Origin: Vicugna vicugna
Taxonomy: Eukaryota
Direction of reading: 5' to 3'
DNA: 64,000 bases
Assembly: GCA_013265495.1 (NCBI GenBank)
Contig: MU063738.1
Coordinates: 558,001 to 622,000 of the forward strand
Positions 13,521-25,650 of the stretch are shown here, in pieces. The notes under the pieces are model-generated. The model saw only the letters and a program-made list of their open reading frames with translations. It did no database searches and was not told the origin of the DNA. Within the stretch, counting starts at the first letter, position 1. Each line of letters starts with the position of its first letter. Made by a program: the position numbers and the translations under genes.

Positions 13521-13624
13521 AACAGACTGTCAACTTGGGGCAAGGCTCTCCTACTCCGAGAAGGAGTAAGAGCCGACGGTCCACATGTCTTGGCCTCAAC
13601 AGTCACCTTCTCAGACAGCTCTGC

Positions 13625-14365
13625 TGAGACGTAACTCACCCCACACCGCTCACCTAAGTGCACAATTCAGGGGCTTTTCACTTACTCACAGAGTCAGGCA
13701 ACCAACACCACAGTCCATTCTGGAACATTTCCATCACCCCAAAAAGAAACACTTTAGAACATTTTCATCACGCAGAAAGAAACCCACACAAACCCACTTT
13801 GTCACTGCACTCCTCCCCAACCGCCCACCCCCAGGCCTGGGCAGCCACTGCTCCTGGAGCGGCCTGCTCCGGACAGCTCGCGTCACTGGAACCCTACGCT
13901 CTGCGGTCTTTGGGACCGGCCTCTCTCCCCCGAGGCTCCTCCCAGCCGAGTGTGGATTAGAGCGCCATTCTCGGGGCTGAACGGCCCTCTGCTGCGTGGA
14001 CTGACCGTGTCTGGTCATCCGTCTGCTGCTGGAAGGACGCTTCCCCACTGTGAGTGGTGCTGCTAGAGCGCTCGTGGACGAGGTTCTGTGCGGATGCGGG
14101 TTTTCGGTCCTCTGGAGCTGCCGGCTCAGGTGACAAGATCATGTGTGTCGCTTTGAAGACCTGCTGGACTCTTCTTCAAAGCGACTGCACCCTCGCACAG
14201 GCCCTCCAGCATTGCGCAAGGGCTCCGGTTTCTCTGCATCCTGGCCAAAGCTTGTCTGTCTTTTTGATCATAGCCGTCCTAGTGGGCGTAAAGTTGTGGT
14301 TTTGATTTGTATTTCCCTGATGGCTAGTGAGGCCAGCATCTTTTTACGTGCTTGTTGACAGCTTT
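13625..14365 (-). mobile_element. L1M (MA/MB-type) 3' fragment
   Basis: AAGTGCACAATTCAG...GAACATTTCCATCACCCCAAAAAGAAAC...GTGGTTTTGATTTGTATTTCCCTGATGGCTAGTGAGG, the antisense L1 3'UTR/ORF2-end pattern. Confidence 0.7.
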
Positions 14366-15249
14366 CATAATTTTATCTCGGAATTGAAATGACCAGTGGC
14401 GGGGTGGGGGGAGTTCCGCGCCTGCGTGAGCCATAGAACTCTTTTCTCCAGATGAGAGTTTCCAGGAAAGTCTAATACCCAAGACAGAGACCAGAGCTGA
14501 GGGCAGGGTGGTGACGGGGAAGAAGGGATCAGGCTCGCCTGGTGTCTCCCCAGATCCGCCCCCGGAGAGGGCCAGCCCTGGAACTACCAGAACATTGTCA
14601 GGCGTAGTCTGAAAGTCACCGACTAGGGCAACTTCCCCAGTAACTGATAAGACAGGGCAGGAACTAACAGGGACTGACCCACGACCTAACGGGCAGGACT
14701 GAGGGGTCATATCTTCTGACCCAAACGTTGCTGAATATCTGACAACAGGGTGTCTTCTGAAAACCCTGTCCTGATTGAACACATATGAATCCAGCGCCTT
14801 TCCTATGCCAGACTCTCCAGGTTCCGGGGCTGAAAGCCGGACGAGGCCCCAGGCTCGCAGGGTTTACATTTCTGCGGTTGGAGGCAGATGACGAGCAAAA
14901 CAGGAACAACATCAGACAGCAACTGGGCTCCGCAGCGGCTGTGATCCCTGCAAGGGACCGGGGGTGACTTCAGGTGAGGAGGTCGGGGCCCCCGAGAAGG
15001 TGGCACCTGACCCGGGAGCAGAAGGACTGGGAGGCAGAGGGAACGGGCGATGGGACGCTGGACCCGCCGTGACCTGTCCAAGGAGCCCCAGGAAGACTGG
15101 AGGTGGTTACCTCCGCGGACAAAAGGGTTCGGATTTTAATTGTAATGGGGTGTTAACCAGAAAGCGATGTCATTGGCTTGTCTTCTTTTTTTGGAGCAAA
15201 CTTTGCCTAGGAGTAGAGCTGAGAAGAAGTCTAACTTTCTAGAGCTGCC

Positions 15250-15580
15250 ATGGACCCAGATCCAGTGTCGTCCCTCATTGTCAACATCATACATCACACT
15301 GGTATACTTGTCGCAGGGAATGAACGAGTCCAGCTACAGTGCAACTGACTGAAGTCCACACTGCACGCAGATTTCCTTAGCTTTGCCCTAACGTCCGGCT
15401 CTGCTCCGAGGCCTGTCCAGGGGCCACACTGAACTCGGTCTTCTCGTAGCTGTGGCCGTCGCTCAGGCTGTCCTTGCTTCAATGCCCTCGATCTTTTGAG
15501 GACTCCTGGTTAGACAGTTTGGAAAACGCCACTCGGCTGGGAATTGTCCGCTGTCTCTCGCGGTTAGAAATGGGAGGCAG
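15250..15580 (-). mobile_element. L1MC-type 3'UTR fragment
   Basis: CAGATTTCCTTAGCTTTG...TTTTGAGGACTCCTGGTTAGAC...GGGAATTGTC; same family as 57130-57510 but opposite orientation. Confidence 0.55.
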
Positions 15581-15839
15581 GGCCGAGTGTGAGGACCGTC
15601 CGGCAGGACAAGCATTTATTTACTTTAGGACAGACATGCAGATACTCGCTTTATACTCTGGGCTATGCTCTAATCCTACTTTATGCATTTTGTTGTCCAA
15701 ACGGTCCCCGTGTTGGCCATTGGGAGTTCCCCCAGCTGGCTCCAGTGTCCCTCGGACACACTGACTCCTAGGACAGCAGTGGGAAAGGCCAGAAGCAGCC
15801 CGACTGACAAGAACAGAATGTGGGTAGGCACGTCTTCCA

Positions 15840-16010
15840 GCCCCATCAAGCCTCCAGCCAGCATCTAGACTGAAGCCTCACGAGAGACCCCATCCCAGGA
15901 TCCCAAGCCGAGCCCCTGAGTTCCCGACCTGAGAAGCAGTGAGAACAATAAGGGTTTGTTGTTCTTCTAAATCTCCAAGTTTTGGAGTGATTTGTTATCT
16001 TGCAATAAAA
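15840..16010 (+). mobile_element. MLT1 (MaLR) LTR 3' part
   Basis: GCAGCCCCATCAAGCCTCCAG...TTCCCGACCTGAGAAGCAGTGAG...AAGTTTTGGAGTGATTTGTTATCTTGCAATA. Confidence 0.55.
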
Positions 16011-17665
16011 AAAGAAATGCACAAGAGGAGGCTGTCATGGAAAAAAGAACATTTATAGGGCATGAAAGAGCTCGTGGAAATCATACACATAAAAGCAGAA
16101 ATAATAAACTCAATAGACAGAAAATAAAGTTGAGAGAATCTTCCAGAAAGGAGAGCTAGGAGAAATGAGACAGGAGAGAAAAGATAAGGAAATCAGCACG
16201 CTAGTCCTGGGAGTCAAACTCCTGAAAACCCAAGCAGGGGCTCCTGGAAGAGACACGAGGGGAGACAGCCCGAGAAGCCCTCCCAAACCTGAGCTGAATT
16301 GTCCTCCGGCTCCACGTTCAAAGGGCACCGCAAGGGCCCAGGACAATTGCGAAGACAGAAATACAAGAAGGCCTGACATGGGCAACTTTCAGAACTCGGG
16401 GAGAAGGAGGTCCCGGCAGACCCTGCTGCGTACAGAGAGGGCGCACGTGTCCGGGGACCAGGGCTTCAGACCCTCACTGTGGGGGCACCTCTCCCGGAGC
16501 TTTCTGAGAAGGGAAATGTGGAACCTTTCTGAGACGATTAAAAACTGAGAATGTGCATTTCACGCTCACACCTGATGAGGCACTTGGCTGGGTATAGAAT
16601 TCTAAGGGGGAAATATCTTTCTTTCAGAAGAGCCTTCTTAAAACATTGTGGTTAGTCTGTGGAGAATGTCTGCAGGGGGTCAAGGGGGGCCAGCGGCACC
16701 AGCTGAAGGGCCGATGCAGTGAGTAGAGCTGAGGTCGGAGAGCAGAGCGGCTTGGTGGGGTGGGGAGAGAATGGGGATTACACAAAGGGAAAGGGTGTCC
16801 TCACCAATGTGGATGAGCTCGCGGGAGGGCAGAGGGGCCGCAGGGACCGGGGTAACTCAGGGTGGCCGTGGGCTCGGCCACAGTAGACCTGGCCCATGTT
16901 GGCAGCTGGCAGTGAGACTGATTTGTTCCAAGACTCTTTTTGCCCCCTTGATTTCAACCTTTGCCGCACCCCGTGCTCCCTCCCCAGGAAATCACCCCTC
17001 CTCTGGTTGGAATTCTTCTACTAAGACAACATCTGCCTTCAAGCAACCTGCTCGTTGACCCTTGGCTTGTCTTTGGCCAACAACAGGGCAGAGTGCCCCC
17101 TTCCTGAGTCCTCGCCTCACTGCGAGCATTTGAAGCTCTTTTCCTGATGACCCAAAGCAAGAACAAGTCCACAGGCCACCCGTGAGAGGGTCAGTTCTGC
17201 AAAGGATCCCAAAGACTGGGTCCCGATTCAGGTGCTCCTCCACCTTAGACACCTTCCCAGAGTCCTGCAGACAAGCCACCATCAGAAAGCCTTGCAGATC
17301 TTTCTTCTCCGCTCTTGCGCCCCCTCATCCAGCAGGCCCAGATGCTTCCCTCTTTGAATTCCTCATAGTTCTACTCACTCATTCCTTTACTTGTTTATCT
17401 TTAAAAGTGAATGTTTGTTGAGCAACCGCCATCTCCCAGACCCTGAGATGCATCAGAGCCACGAACACAAAACCTCTCCAGTGGTACGTCTCAGACCCTG
17501 TCGTGTCAGTCAATTATGCATTTATTTATTCAGTCAACAAACTTGGACTGAGCACTTACTAGTGCCGGACCCTGTACTCAGTGCTCCATATACAATCTCT
17601 GAGTACTTTTGGTGGAGGAGACAGACACATCAACCAATGATGATGCGTCTGAGTGGTAAGGGCTC

Positions 17666-17886
17666 NNNNNNNNNNNNNNNNNNNNNNNNNNNNNNNNNNN
17701 NNNNNNNNNNNNNNNNNNNNNNNNNNNNNNNNNNNNNNNNNNNNNNNNNNNNNNNNNNNNNNNNNNNNNNNNNNNNNNNNNNNNNNNNNNNNNNNNNNNN
17801 NNNNNNNNNNNNNNNNNNNNNNNNNNNNNNNNNNNNNNNNNNNNNNNNNNNNNNNNNNNNNNNNNNNNNNNNNNNNNNNNNNNNNN
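17666..17886. other. Assembly gap (221 N) abutting a GGAT/GAAT-type simple repeat
   Basis: N run; right flank GATGGATAGATGGAAGG...GGATGGATGGATAGATG. Confidence 0.95.
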
Positions 17887-20800
17887 GATGGATAGATGGA
17901 AGGGTGAATGAAAGGAATGAAGTGTGGATGGAAAGAAGGATGGATGGATAGATGAACCAGGGGAGAGAGAAGAAAAAGAGAGAGAAATTGAGAGGGAGGT
18001 GCGTACAGGTTGTTAGGGAATTTATTGTCCAGGGGGCAGAACCCATGCCTGATTCCACTTCGTCTTCCACATACAAAGTGCCGCACAGGTGTTTATTAAG
18101 TGAATGTGAACTTGCCCCTGGTGGTGTCAGACGCCTCGGGGTCCCCGTTCAGCCCACCCTCCACTGCCCCAGCTGAGCAGACCGGACACTGTGGGCGCCA
18201 ACTTCCCTTCCATGCCTGCAGCCTTCAGAATGGGGGCTCCCCTGAAGCCCCCATCCCTATCCCCATCCTCAGTCCTCCCACAGATTAGCCCCTTGTCGAT
18301 TTAGCAGCGCTTGTCTCTTGGGGGAAGGGCTGCGGGGAAGGAAACTGGAAAAGGCAGTTTTCCCAGCTCCCCACCCATCCTCACTCCCCCAGGGCATGTT
18401 TCTAGGAGAAGCGCGGGTCCTCGGCGCCCACGCTCATCTTATTCATCTGAGGAGCCTGTTTCCTAGGACCAGACTGGAGCAGGGACACTTGGCCAGCGCG
18501 GCGTGACCTGCCCCACCCTCTGCAGTGACAACTGCCCAGATGACAGTCCAGCTGAGCGTTGTGCTGGTGCGTGACTGCAGCCTGTTTACACAGGGCCAGC
18601 ACCCAACTCCACTGCCAGCAGAGCTGTGTCCTGGCCCGCTCTGGCCCCGGGCCACATGGCCATGCCCGCTACATGGTGAGGTCTCAGGTTACACCAGGGT
18701 GCCTGGGGTCCCCCAGGTCACCGGCTGGGAGCACGGAGGACCCTGTCTGAGGTCTCCAGGAGAGCGGTCAGGGCCACCGCCTCGGTTGTCACGGATACCG
18801 GAGTTCAGGCAGCCCCACTTTCCCTTTCCCGTGGCTCACGGTTTGATGCCTCCCCTGCCACTCAGGGCTTGTCCACACTTGCCCTGTGCACCTGCATCTG
18901 GCATCGGCGTCAGTGCCAGCCTGAGCCCTTCCCTTCTTGACCCTGAGGCTGGGAAGAGCATTTCAGATAACAGCGTGGTGTTCAGCGCCGTCACTGGCCG
19001 GGGCCACCACTGTGTTACCGCCCCTGGAGCCCCAGCGCGACAGCGTGGTTGAGCCCTCTACTTCCTGTGCCCACGCACGTCTAACTCATCTGCATATCTT
19101 TTCAGCCCTGCCACCAAAATACAGTCCTCATCTGCCCACATCTCCCGTCTCCACAGCTGGGCCCCACCACTGCGATGGCTCCTATCCCTGTGCCCTGACA
19201 CTTGCTCCCACCTGCATTCTCCACGTGGCCACCAGAGTGACCTTTGAAGGCATCAATCAGACTCGGTCACCCTGCAGTTTAAAGAGATGGCTTCCATCTC
19301 CTTCAGAATGATGCCCCAACTCCCCACTCTGCCAGGGCCCTTGGCCTCTTCGGCCTCATCCGGTCCTGCCAGGCCCTCACTGGCTCCAGCTCAGCACCTC
19401 TGCTTTTCACAGCACCCACTGCACTCCCTTCTCAGGGCCCGTCCCCTCGGGGGCCCACTTCTCCAGGGCTCTCACCTGCCAGAGAGGCCCTCACCCCGCC
19501 CGCTCCCTGAGGCCGAGCCTCCCATCTGCCCCGACAGCTGGTCTCCTGGGCACCTGTCATCACCTGAGTGACCCGCTGTCCCCACACTTATCTTAGGACC
19601 CCTTCCAACTGGAACGCAGGCACCGGGAACACAGACCTCTGCCCCCACAGGTGTGTTTCCAACACATCCCACGAGAGATGCTGGAGAGAGTGTGTGGACT
19701 CGGCGGAGATGCAACAAGGGGGCTGGAGTCTGGGAGCTGAGGGGCAGTGACTGGCTGCTCACCTTGGTCCCAGGTCTGGCGACTTGCTCCATGGGCCTTT
19801 GGCCCCATGGGCCGGGGGGACGTGGCAATGGGCAGTGGGCCATGGATGTGCAGAGACAGACGGTGGCAGAGAACAGAAAGAGGGAGACAGTGTGAACAGT
19901 GGACAGGCTGGGGACACGAGCCCTGACCCCCACGAGGGGTGGGACCCCTCCGCCCGGGCAGGGCTGGTTCGGAAACCCCAGAGCCTCCTCCCGTGCCCAC
20001 TCAGAAGGAAATGACCGGAGGCCCCCTGGGGCCCCGCAGAGGAAGCCCACCCCCACAACATGCTCAGGCCCTTAGCAAAGGGCAGGGTAGCTGGAAGGCG
20101 AGGGGCTGCACCGCAGATGCCCAGGTGGGATGGGGGCTGCGTGCGGCATGGGGAACAGCGGGCCTCCCATCTGCACAGTAGGACCCCTGACGTGGGCCCC
20201 TCCTCAGCCGGCTGGCCTGGAGACTCTGTGTGCTGACCGCCGTCCTGAGGACCTGAGCCGGGCAGATGCCCAGCACGGGGCAGGGACCATACCCCTCGCC
20301 CCACTGGGAGGAAGGGGGAAGATTCAGAGGCAACGGACGGAAGGGGGCCTGTTGGACGTCCTGGCTGTTCTGGGGAAGGAGCGTGGAGGGGCCAGGGAGA
20401 GGGAGCTGGCGGGAAGTGCCCAGCAGATGGATGCCATGGACTGCTGGCCTCCCAGGTGGACGGGGTCTGACCACCAGCGAAGGCAGGCAGTGCACACTTG
20501 GTGACGGAGTGTCGGGTCACCGCGGTCCAAGGAGACAGAAGAGACTAGGAGGAGCCACGCTCCCACGAACCAGGCAGCTCGCCCCTTGGATGAGGAGACT
20601 TCCCACTGAGTCAGCTCCCCGAGGCCCGATCTTCCGCGCACCTGCCGCAGGAGTGGCCCCGGGCTGGACCCCGGCGTCTCTGTCCTCTAGGACGAGGTCC
20701 TCCTCCCAGTTCTCCACCTCAGGGGCCCCCCGACACCCCCACAGCCACCCCGTGTCTGCTTCCACAGGCGTGACCTGCTGCCGCCTCCCCCAGGGCCCCA

Positions 20801-23574
20801 GCTCCGTGGAGCCTCTCTCAGGGGCCAAGTGGCTCACACTTGGCAAACTCTACTCTGTCTGTTGCCCTTGGACCTGGGTTTCCTTCTAGGAGATGTCCAC
20901 AGAGGAAGCCACGTCCTTGGAGAGCTGGACGTAGCTTCCTGGCCCTCTGGCCCAGGCAGCCCCCACGGCAGTGCACCGTCTGCGAGTCGGCTCAGAATCC
21001 CTGGCCCACGGCGGCGGGCACTGGCACCAGGGCTGCGAGGGACGGGCTAGCTCTCTCCCTAAGGGCCTGAGTCACTGCCAGTCCCGCTCCCCACCCCAGA
21101 TCTCTGCCCAACCTGTCTTACAGGTGTGCCTGGCTCATGGCCAGCGGGGCCCAGTGCCCAGTGCACTTACGGGAAGGAAGGATGTAAACAGAGGACAAGG
21201 GGCGGGCGGAGGACAAAGGGACCTAGGTCTTTATTGGGGCCTCACTCAGCCCAGAGGCTGGTCACATCGCACCCCAGGAGGGCTGGCACCCAAGGGCCTG
21301 GGGAACCCCCACTGAGGGGCTGCAGCGCCATGGGCGGACCCCGTTTGCCACCACAGCTCCCCATCCCCCTCTCCTGGGCCTGCCCTCAGCCACCTGTGTC
21401 CCTCACAGCCACGGCCCTAGCCTCGGGCAAGGCCGTCCAGCTCAGCCTATGGCCAAGACACAGCTAGAGAGACAAGTGCTGAGTCACTGGCTAGAGCAGG
21501 CTGTGGGGCTGCTCAGGGCACAGGACGGCCGGCAGGTTTCACTTCCCCACTTCCAGCAGGGCGGGAGGCCGAGGTCACCTGTAGGACCTCCGCCATGCGG
21601 GCAAGGACCCGCGTCAGGTGAGGAAACACCACCTCAGCTCCCTCAGCTCCCTCAGGACAAGGCGTGGCTGCACGGCCGCAGGAGGTCCCAGCACCCCTGC
21701 ACTCGGGGGGACACTCGGGGACTGCGCCCCAAGCTCCAGACACCCTTACGGCCCAGCCCGCCTGCTGCCCCCATCCCAATGGGAGGCTGGACCCTGAGCA
21801 GGAGGAACGTGACCAGATAATGACCAGCATGGCAGCCTCTCTTCAGAGAGGTCATCTGGCAAAGACTTGAAGGCAGGGAGGGGGCTGTCCTGGTGCATCT
21901 TGAGGGGACACTGAGGGCAGAGCAAAGGGGCCACACAACAGCCAGGAGGCCAGTGAGGCACCATCCAGGGCCCCCTGGGGGCTCCGAGGGTTCTCTGGCA
22001 CGAGGGGCCGTGGAGGGTCCGAACAGACTTGGTTGCGACCTGGCCCTTGGGCTGTGGGTTAGGGTATATGCATGGCTGTGCTCGTGTGCACCTACACGGC
22101 ATTGCCTGCAGCGTACTGTGTATGAATATATTATTATTGCCATGCCTTACTTATTAGTTTAAGTTTTTCACATTGCGGTGCGCAGCATGAAGCTGACAGC
22201 ACAAAGTCCAGTGGCACCAGCACATCCATGTGGCTGGGCAGCCATGCCACCGTCCACCGCCAGGACACCTCGTCCTCCGCCCCTCACACTCCCTGCCCCT
22301 GGGACCTGCCGTCTGCTGTCTCTGTCCAGCGGCTCCTCTGGGACTACATGTGGGAGGAGTCAGAGGGGTTGGTCCTTTTGTGTCTGCTTATTTCACGGCC
22401 TGGTAGTTTTTATTCCTTCGTTCTGAGGGGGGATGGCGATATTGCTGTGACCACCTCAGAGCTGCCCCGTGAAGACCCGACAGGCGATGAGCAAGACCCA
22501 GCTCAAAGGTCAGGGCTGTGGGTGTTCCGCTCCCACAGCTGGCGGTGAGGCTGTGTGCTCACCAGGGCTGGAGGGCTTCCTGCCAGACATCAAAGGGACT
22601 GTGGGTGGTCACCACGTGCTGGGGTGACTGCTGTCCTGGGGTGACAGTGTGGGGCTTGTTGGAAAAGGCCCTGGGGTCCCTGCTGTTCTTGGCTGGGCTG
22701 GGGGCCTGGTGTGTGGACCCTGCGAGCCCTGGGAGCTGTCTGCAGCTATGACTCCTGCCCACTGAGTCCATACTTCACACTGCACGCACACCCACCACGG
22801 TCACTCCCTGGGCTACTGGTTGTCCCAGTGCCAACCCAGGCAGACCCCCATGAACTACGTGCACACTGACTGCCACTGGATAAGGTGTTGTGCCGGGGCA
22901 CTCCCAAGGGATTCAGGGAACACAGAGGAGATCCTAACCCAGTCTGGGCAGTGGAGGAGGGAGTGAGGGAAGTCTCCCTGGAGGAGGTGACCACATATTG
23001 CTTCACCCTCTGCTCAATAGCAGCAGTGGAAGAGGCTCAGGGAGACACCGCGTGCTGTGCCGTGTGCTGACATGCACGTATCAACGAACCCTCGCTAGTC
23101 CCACAAGGGAGGAGCCCTCAGCATCCCCGCTTTACAGCGAAGGGAATTAAGGCTCAGAGAGGTTCAGCCACTTGCTCGAGGGTACACAGCTCCTACGCGG
23201 CAGCATCAGGATGGGACACAAGTTCTGCTGCCCACCACCGTCCGCACCCCCCGTCCCCAGGCGGCCTTCTGGAGCGAGGTTTCCCGAGGCAGCGGCAAGC
23301 ATGCTGCTGGGTGACTCACTGTCGTTCACAAGATGGACTGCGGTGGCACAGGGACCACAGTTTCTAAGATGAACAGATGTGAATTCACTTTGACGTACAC
23401 TAGGAAAACGGTAACCAGCACATCAAACCCTTGATGAGACAGAGATGTAAGGTTTCCTTTTGAATTAATTTATTTAAGTAAAAAGGGAGACTTTTTCTAA
23501 GATCGCAGTCCACTTCTAAGTAAACTCAAGCGTCGCATTAAAATGTTACATTTATCAATTGGATTTTGGTTTTT

Positions 23575-23876
23575 TTCAATTGCGATGAACTACGCATAAC
23601 ACAAAATCGACCATTTTGATCACTTTTAAGTGTATGCTTCAGGGGTGTTAAGAACATTCACAATATTGTGCAGCCATGACCACCGTCCATCTCCAGATCT
23701 TTTTCATCTTCCCAGACTGAAACTCCGGTCCATTACACTCACTCCTCACGCGCCTCCCAAGCCCCCGCCCCAGCCCTCCACTCTGTCTCCGTGACCTTGA
23801 CTATTCCAGGGGCCCCATATGAGTGGAAGCACACAGTATCCGTCCTTTTGGAACTGGCTTGCTTCACTTACAATGT
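23575..23876 (-). mobile_element. L1M 3' end fragment
   Basis: CATAACACAAAATCGACCATTTT...AAGTGTATG...TTCACAATATTGTGCAGCCAT...TTCATCTTCCCAGACTGAAACTC...GGCTTGCTTCACTTA. Confidence 0.7.
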
Positions 23877-24049
23877 AAAGGGAGAACTGTCTGAAGGGGA
23901 AAACTCAGGATAAATCGCAGTTCAGGAGGTCCGCCGATGTGGCACCAGGGTGGTAAAGTCAGGACCCCGTCAAGCAGGGACAGCAGAGGGCCTCTTGCTC
24001 ACCCGTCTGCAGAAGACGAGGCCAGAACGGATCTGCTGACGGCCCTGCA

Positions 24050-24900
24050 GGAGGAGGAAGGGGTCGCCCCGAGCATCAGGCAGGCGTTACCGGCTCTTCC
24101 GGGAGAGCGCTGCTCTCCAGCCCGGCCGCCCACCGCAAATGCCCGCAGGGCGGGCGCGAGGGCCCGGCCCAGGGCCACGCCCCGCAGGGGTCCGGGCTCC
24201 ACGGCCTGGGTCCGGGCTCCACGGCCTGCCTCCGGGCGCCGCCCCCCGCCCCCTCCTGCCTGGGCGGCGCCAACGCAGGCGTCCCGGGGACTTCAAGCCG
24301 CGGCTGACCCAGACGGTCCGAGCAGCGAGCGGAGACCGGGGACTGGGTGGCCCGTATCTCAAGGATCTGAGCCAGCGAAGGAGAGGAACTTCGGGCAGGC
24401 CTGCGCAGGGAGAAGGCGGGCTGGGAAAGCCCCAGGGCTGCGCTTCTGGGGCTGGGCCCGCGAAGGCATCCCCAGAATGGGGAGGGAGGCGGCCGCCCCG
24501 CCGGCGCTCGGGCGCAGGCGCGTCAGGTGCGGCGCTTCTTCCCGCGGGACGCGCTTTCGCCCGGAGCTCTCCGGACCAACGCGCCGCGTCTGCGGAGGTG
24601 CCCGCGCCGAGGGCCGGCTGCGCGGCGGCCTCCGCGGTTTGCGGAGCTCGGGGCCCTGCGAGCCGCTGTGCAGCCTCCGGCTCAGCTCAGCCCCCGGCCG
24701 CCAGGCCTCACCCCGAGGTGCGGCTTGCGCGGCGCTACCCTTGACCCGCAGGCGGCAACTCTCGCAACAACTCTCGCGAGAAGGGGGCGCTCTGCCCCGT
24801 ACCACGTGGTCCCTCCGCCTGGGCGGCGCTCACCGGGTACAGATGCAGGGGCGGCTCCCGCGTGCTTCTGGAATAAGTCGCACACGCGATCATCGCTGTG
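24050..24900. promoter_or_regulatory. Orphan CpG island with promoter-type motifs
   Basis: Dense unmutated CpGs against an AT-rich right flank; TCTCGCGAGA 24772-24781; ACCACGTGGT 24801-24810; GCGCAGGCGC 24512-24521; GC boxes. Confidence 0.8.
24189..24228. repeat. Perfect 20-bp tandem duplication inside the orphan CpG island
   Basis: GGTCCGGGCTCCACGGCCTG x2. Confidence 0.9.
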
Positions 24901-25523
24901 ATGTCTTTCACTGAGTTTTCCCCTCTCTCCTACAATGTTCTTTTAAAGATGCATGTACAAAGGTCTACAATGAAAGGGAGTGTGTAATATACACGAGTGC
25001 ATGTATAATGCGTGTGTATACAAACGCCATTTGCTAAATTTATGTGTTTTTTAAGCTAGAATCTTGTGATGGTTCTTGAGAAAAATTAGCTTTCTAATAC
25101 AGAATCTGCATTTGCATTGCTAGGCAAGTATTTACCAGCTTCTACGGTCAGTGCATCTATTTCTGAAAACAGAATATTTACATGAGAACCACCGGTGTCT
25201 TGAAAAGTAGTTTCTTTCTAAAACTCACAATGATCATAAGGAATTTTCTCTTGAGAAAGAACACAATTCTAAAGGGAATGGAGACATCATGAGGGAAAAA
25301 AAAGTCCAGCCAAATTCTTTCCTGTGCGATTTTGCCTGGGGATACAGCATCTCCTAATGAGGGGCATTCCAGTATTTCCCCAGTCAGTCAAGAACCCTGT
25401 GCTTCAAGTTCTAATACTGTTTCAGGATTTTCTTCAACTCCCGGGTCCACTTCTGGGGTGGGAAGTACTTTCGGTGTCACCTAGAACAGGTGGTAAAAGT
25501 ATTTTAAAAATATATATCCTAGT

Positions 25524-25650
25524 GGGGAAGGTGTAAGTCAGTGGTAGAATGCATGCCCAGCATTTACAAGTCCCGAGTTCAACTCCTAGTACCTCTGTTT
25601 AAAACAATTAAAAACTAAATAAACCTAAAATTATCTTCCCCCATTAAAAA
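25524..25650 (+). mobile_element. Camelid tRNA-derived SINE
   Basis: GGGGAAGGTGTAAGTCAGTGGTAGAATGCATGCCCAGC...GAGTTCAACTCCTAGTACCTC plus A-rich tail. Confidence 0.75.

Noticed and set aside
14324-14960. 152-aa minus ORF and possible ERV LTR next to the truncated L1
   Set aside because: No recognisable domain, paired LTR, primer-binding site or target-site duplication.
17391-18086. ORFs of 148-186 aa containing X runs
   Set aside because: Artefacts of translating through the N gap.
23937-24914. Long ORFs of 325, 201 and 148 aa over the orphan island
   Set aside because: Arg/Gly/Pro/Ala-rich, open in several frames on both strands, as expected from stop-poor GC-rich DNA; no domain.
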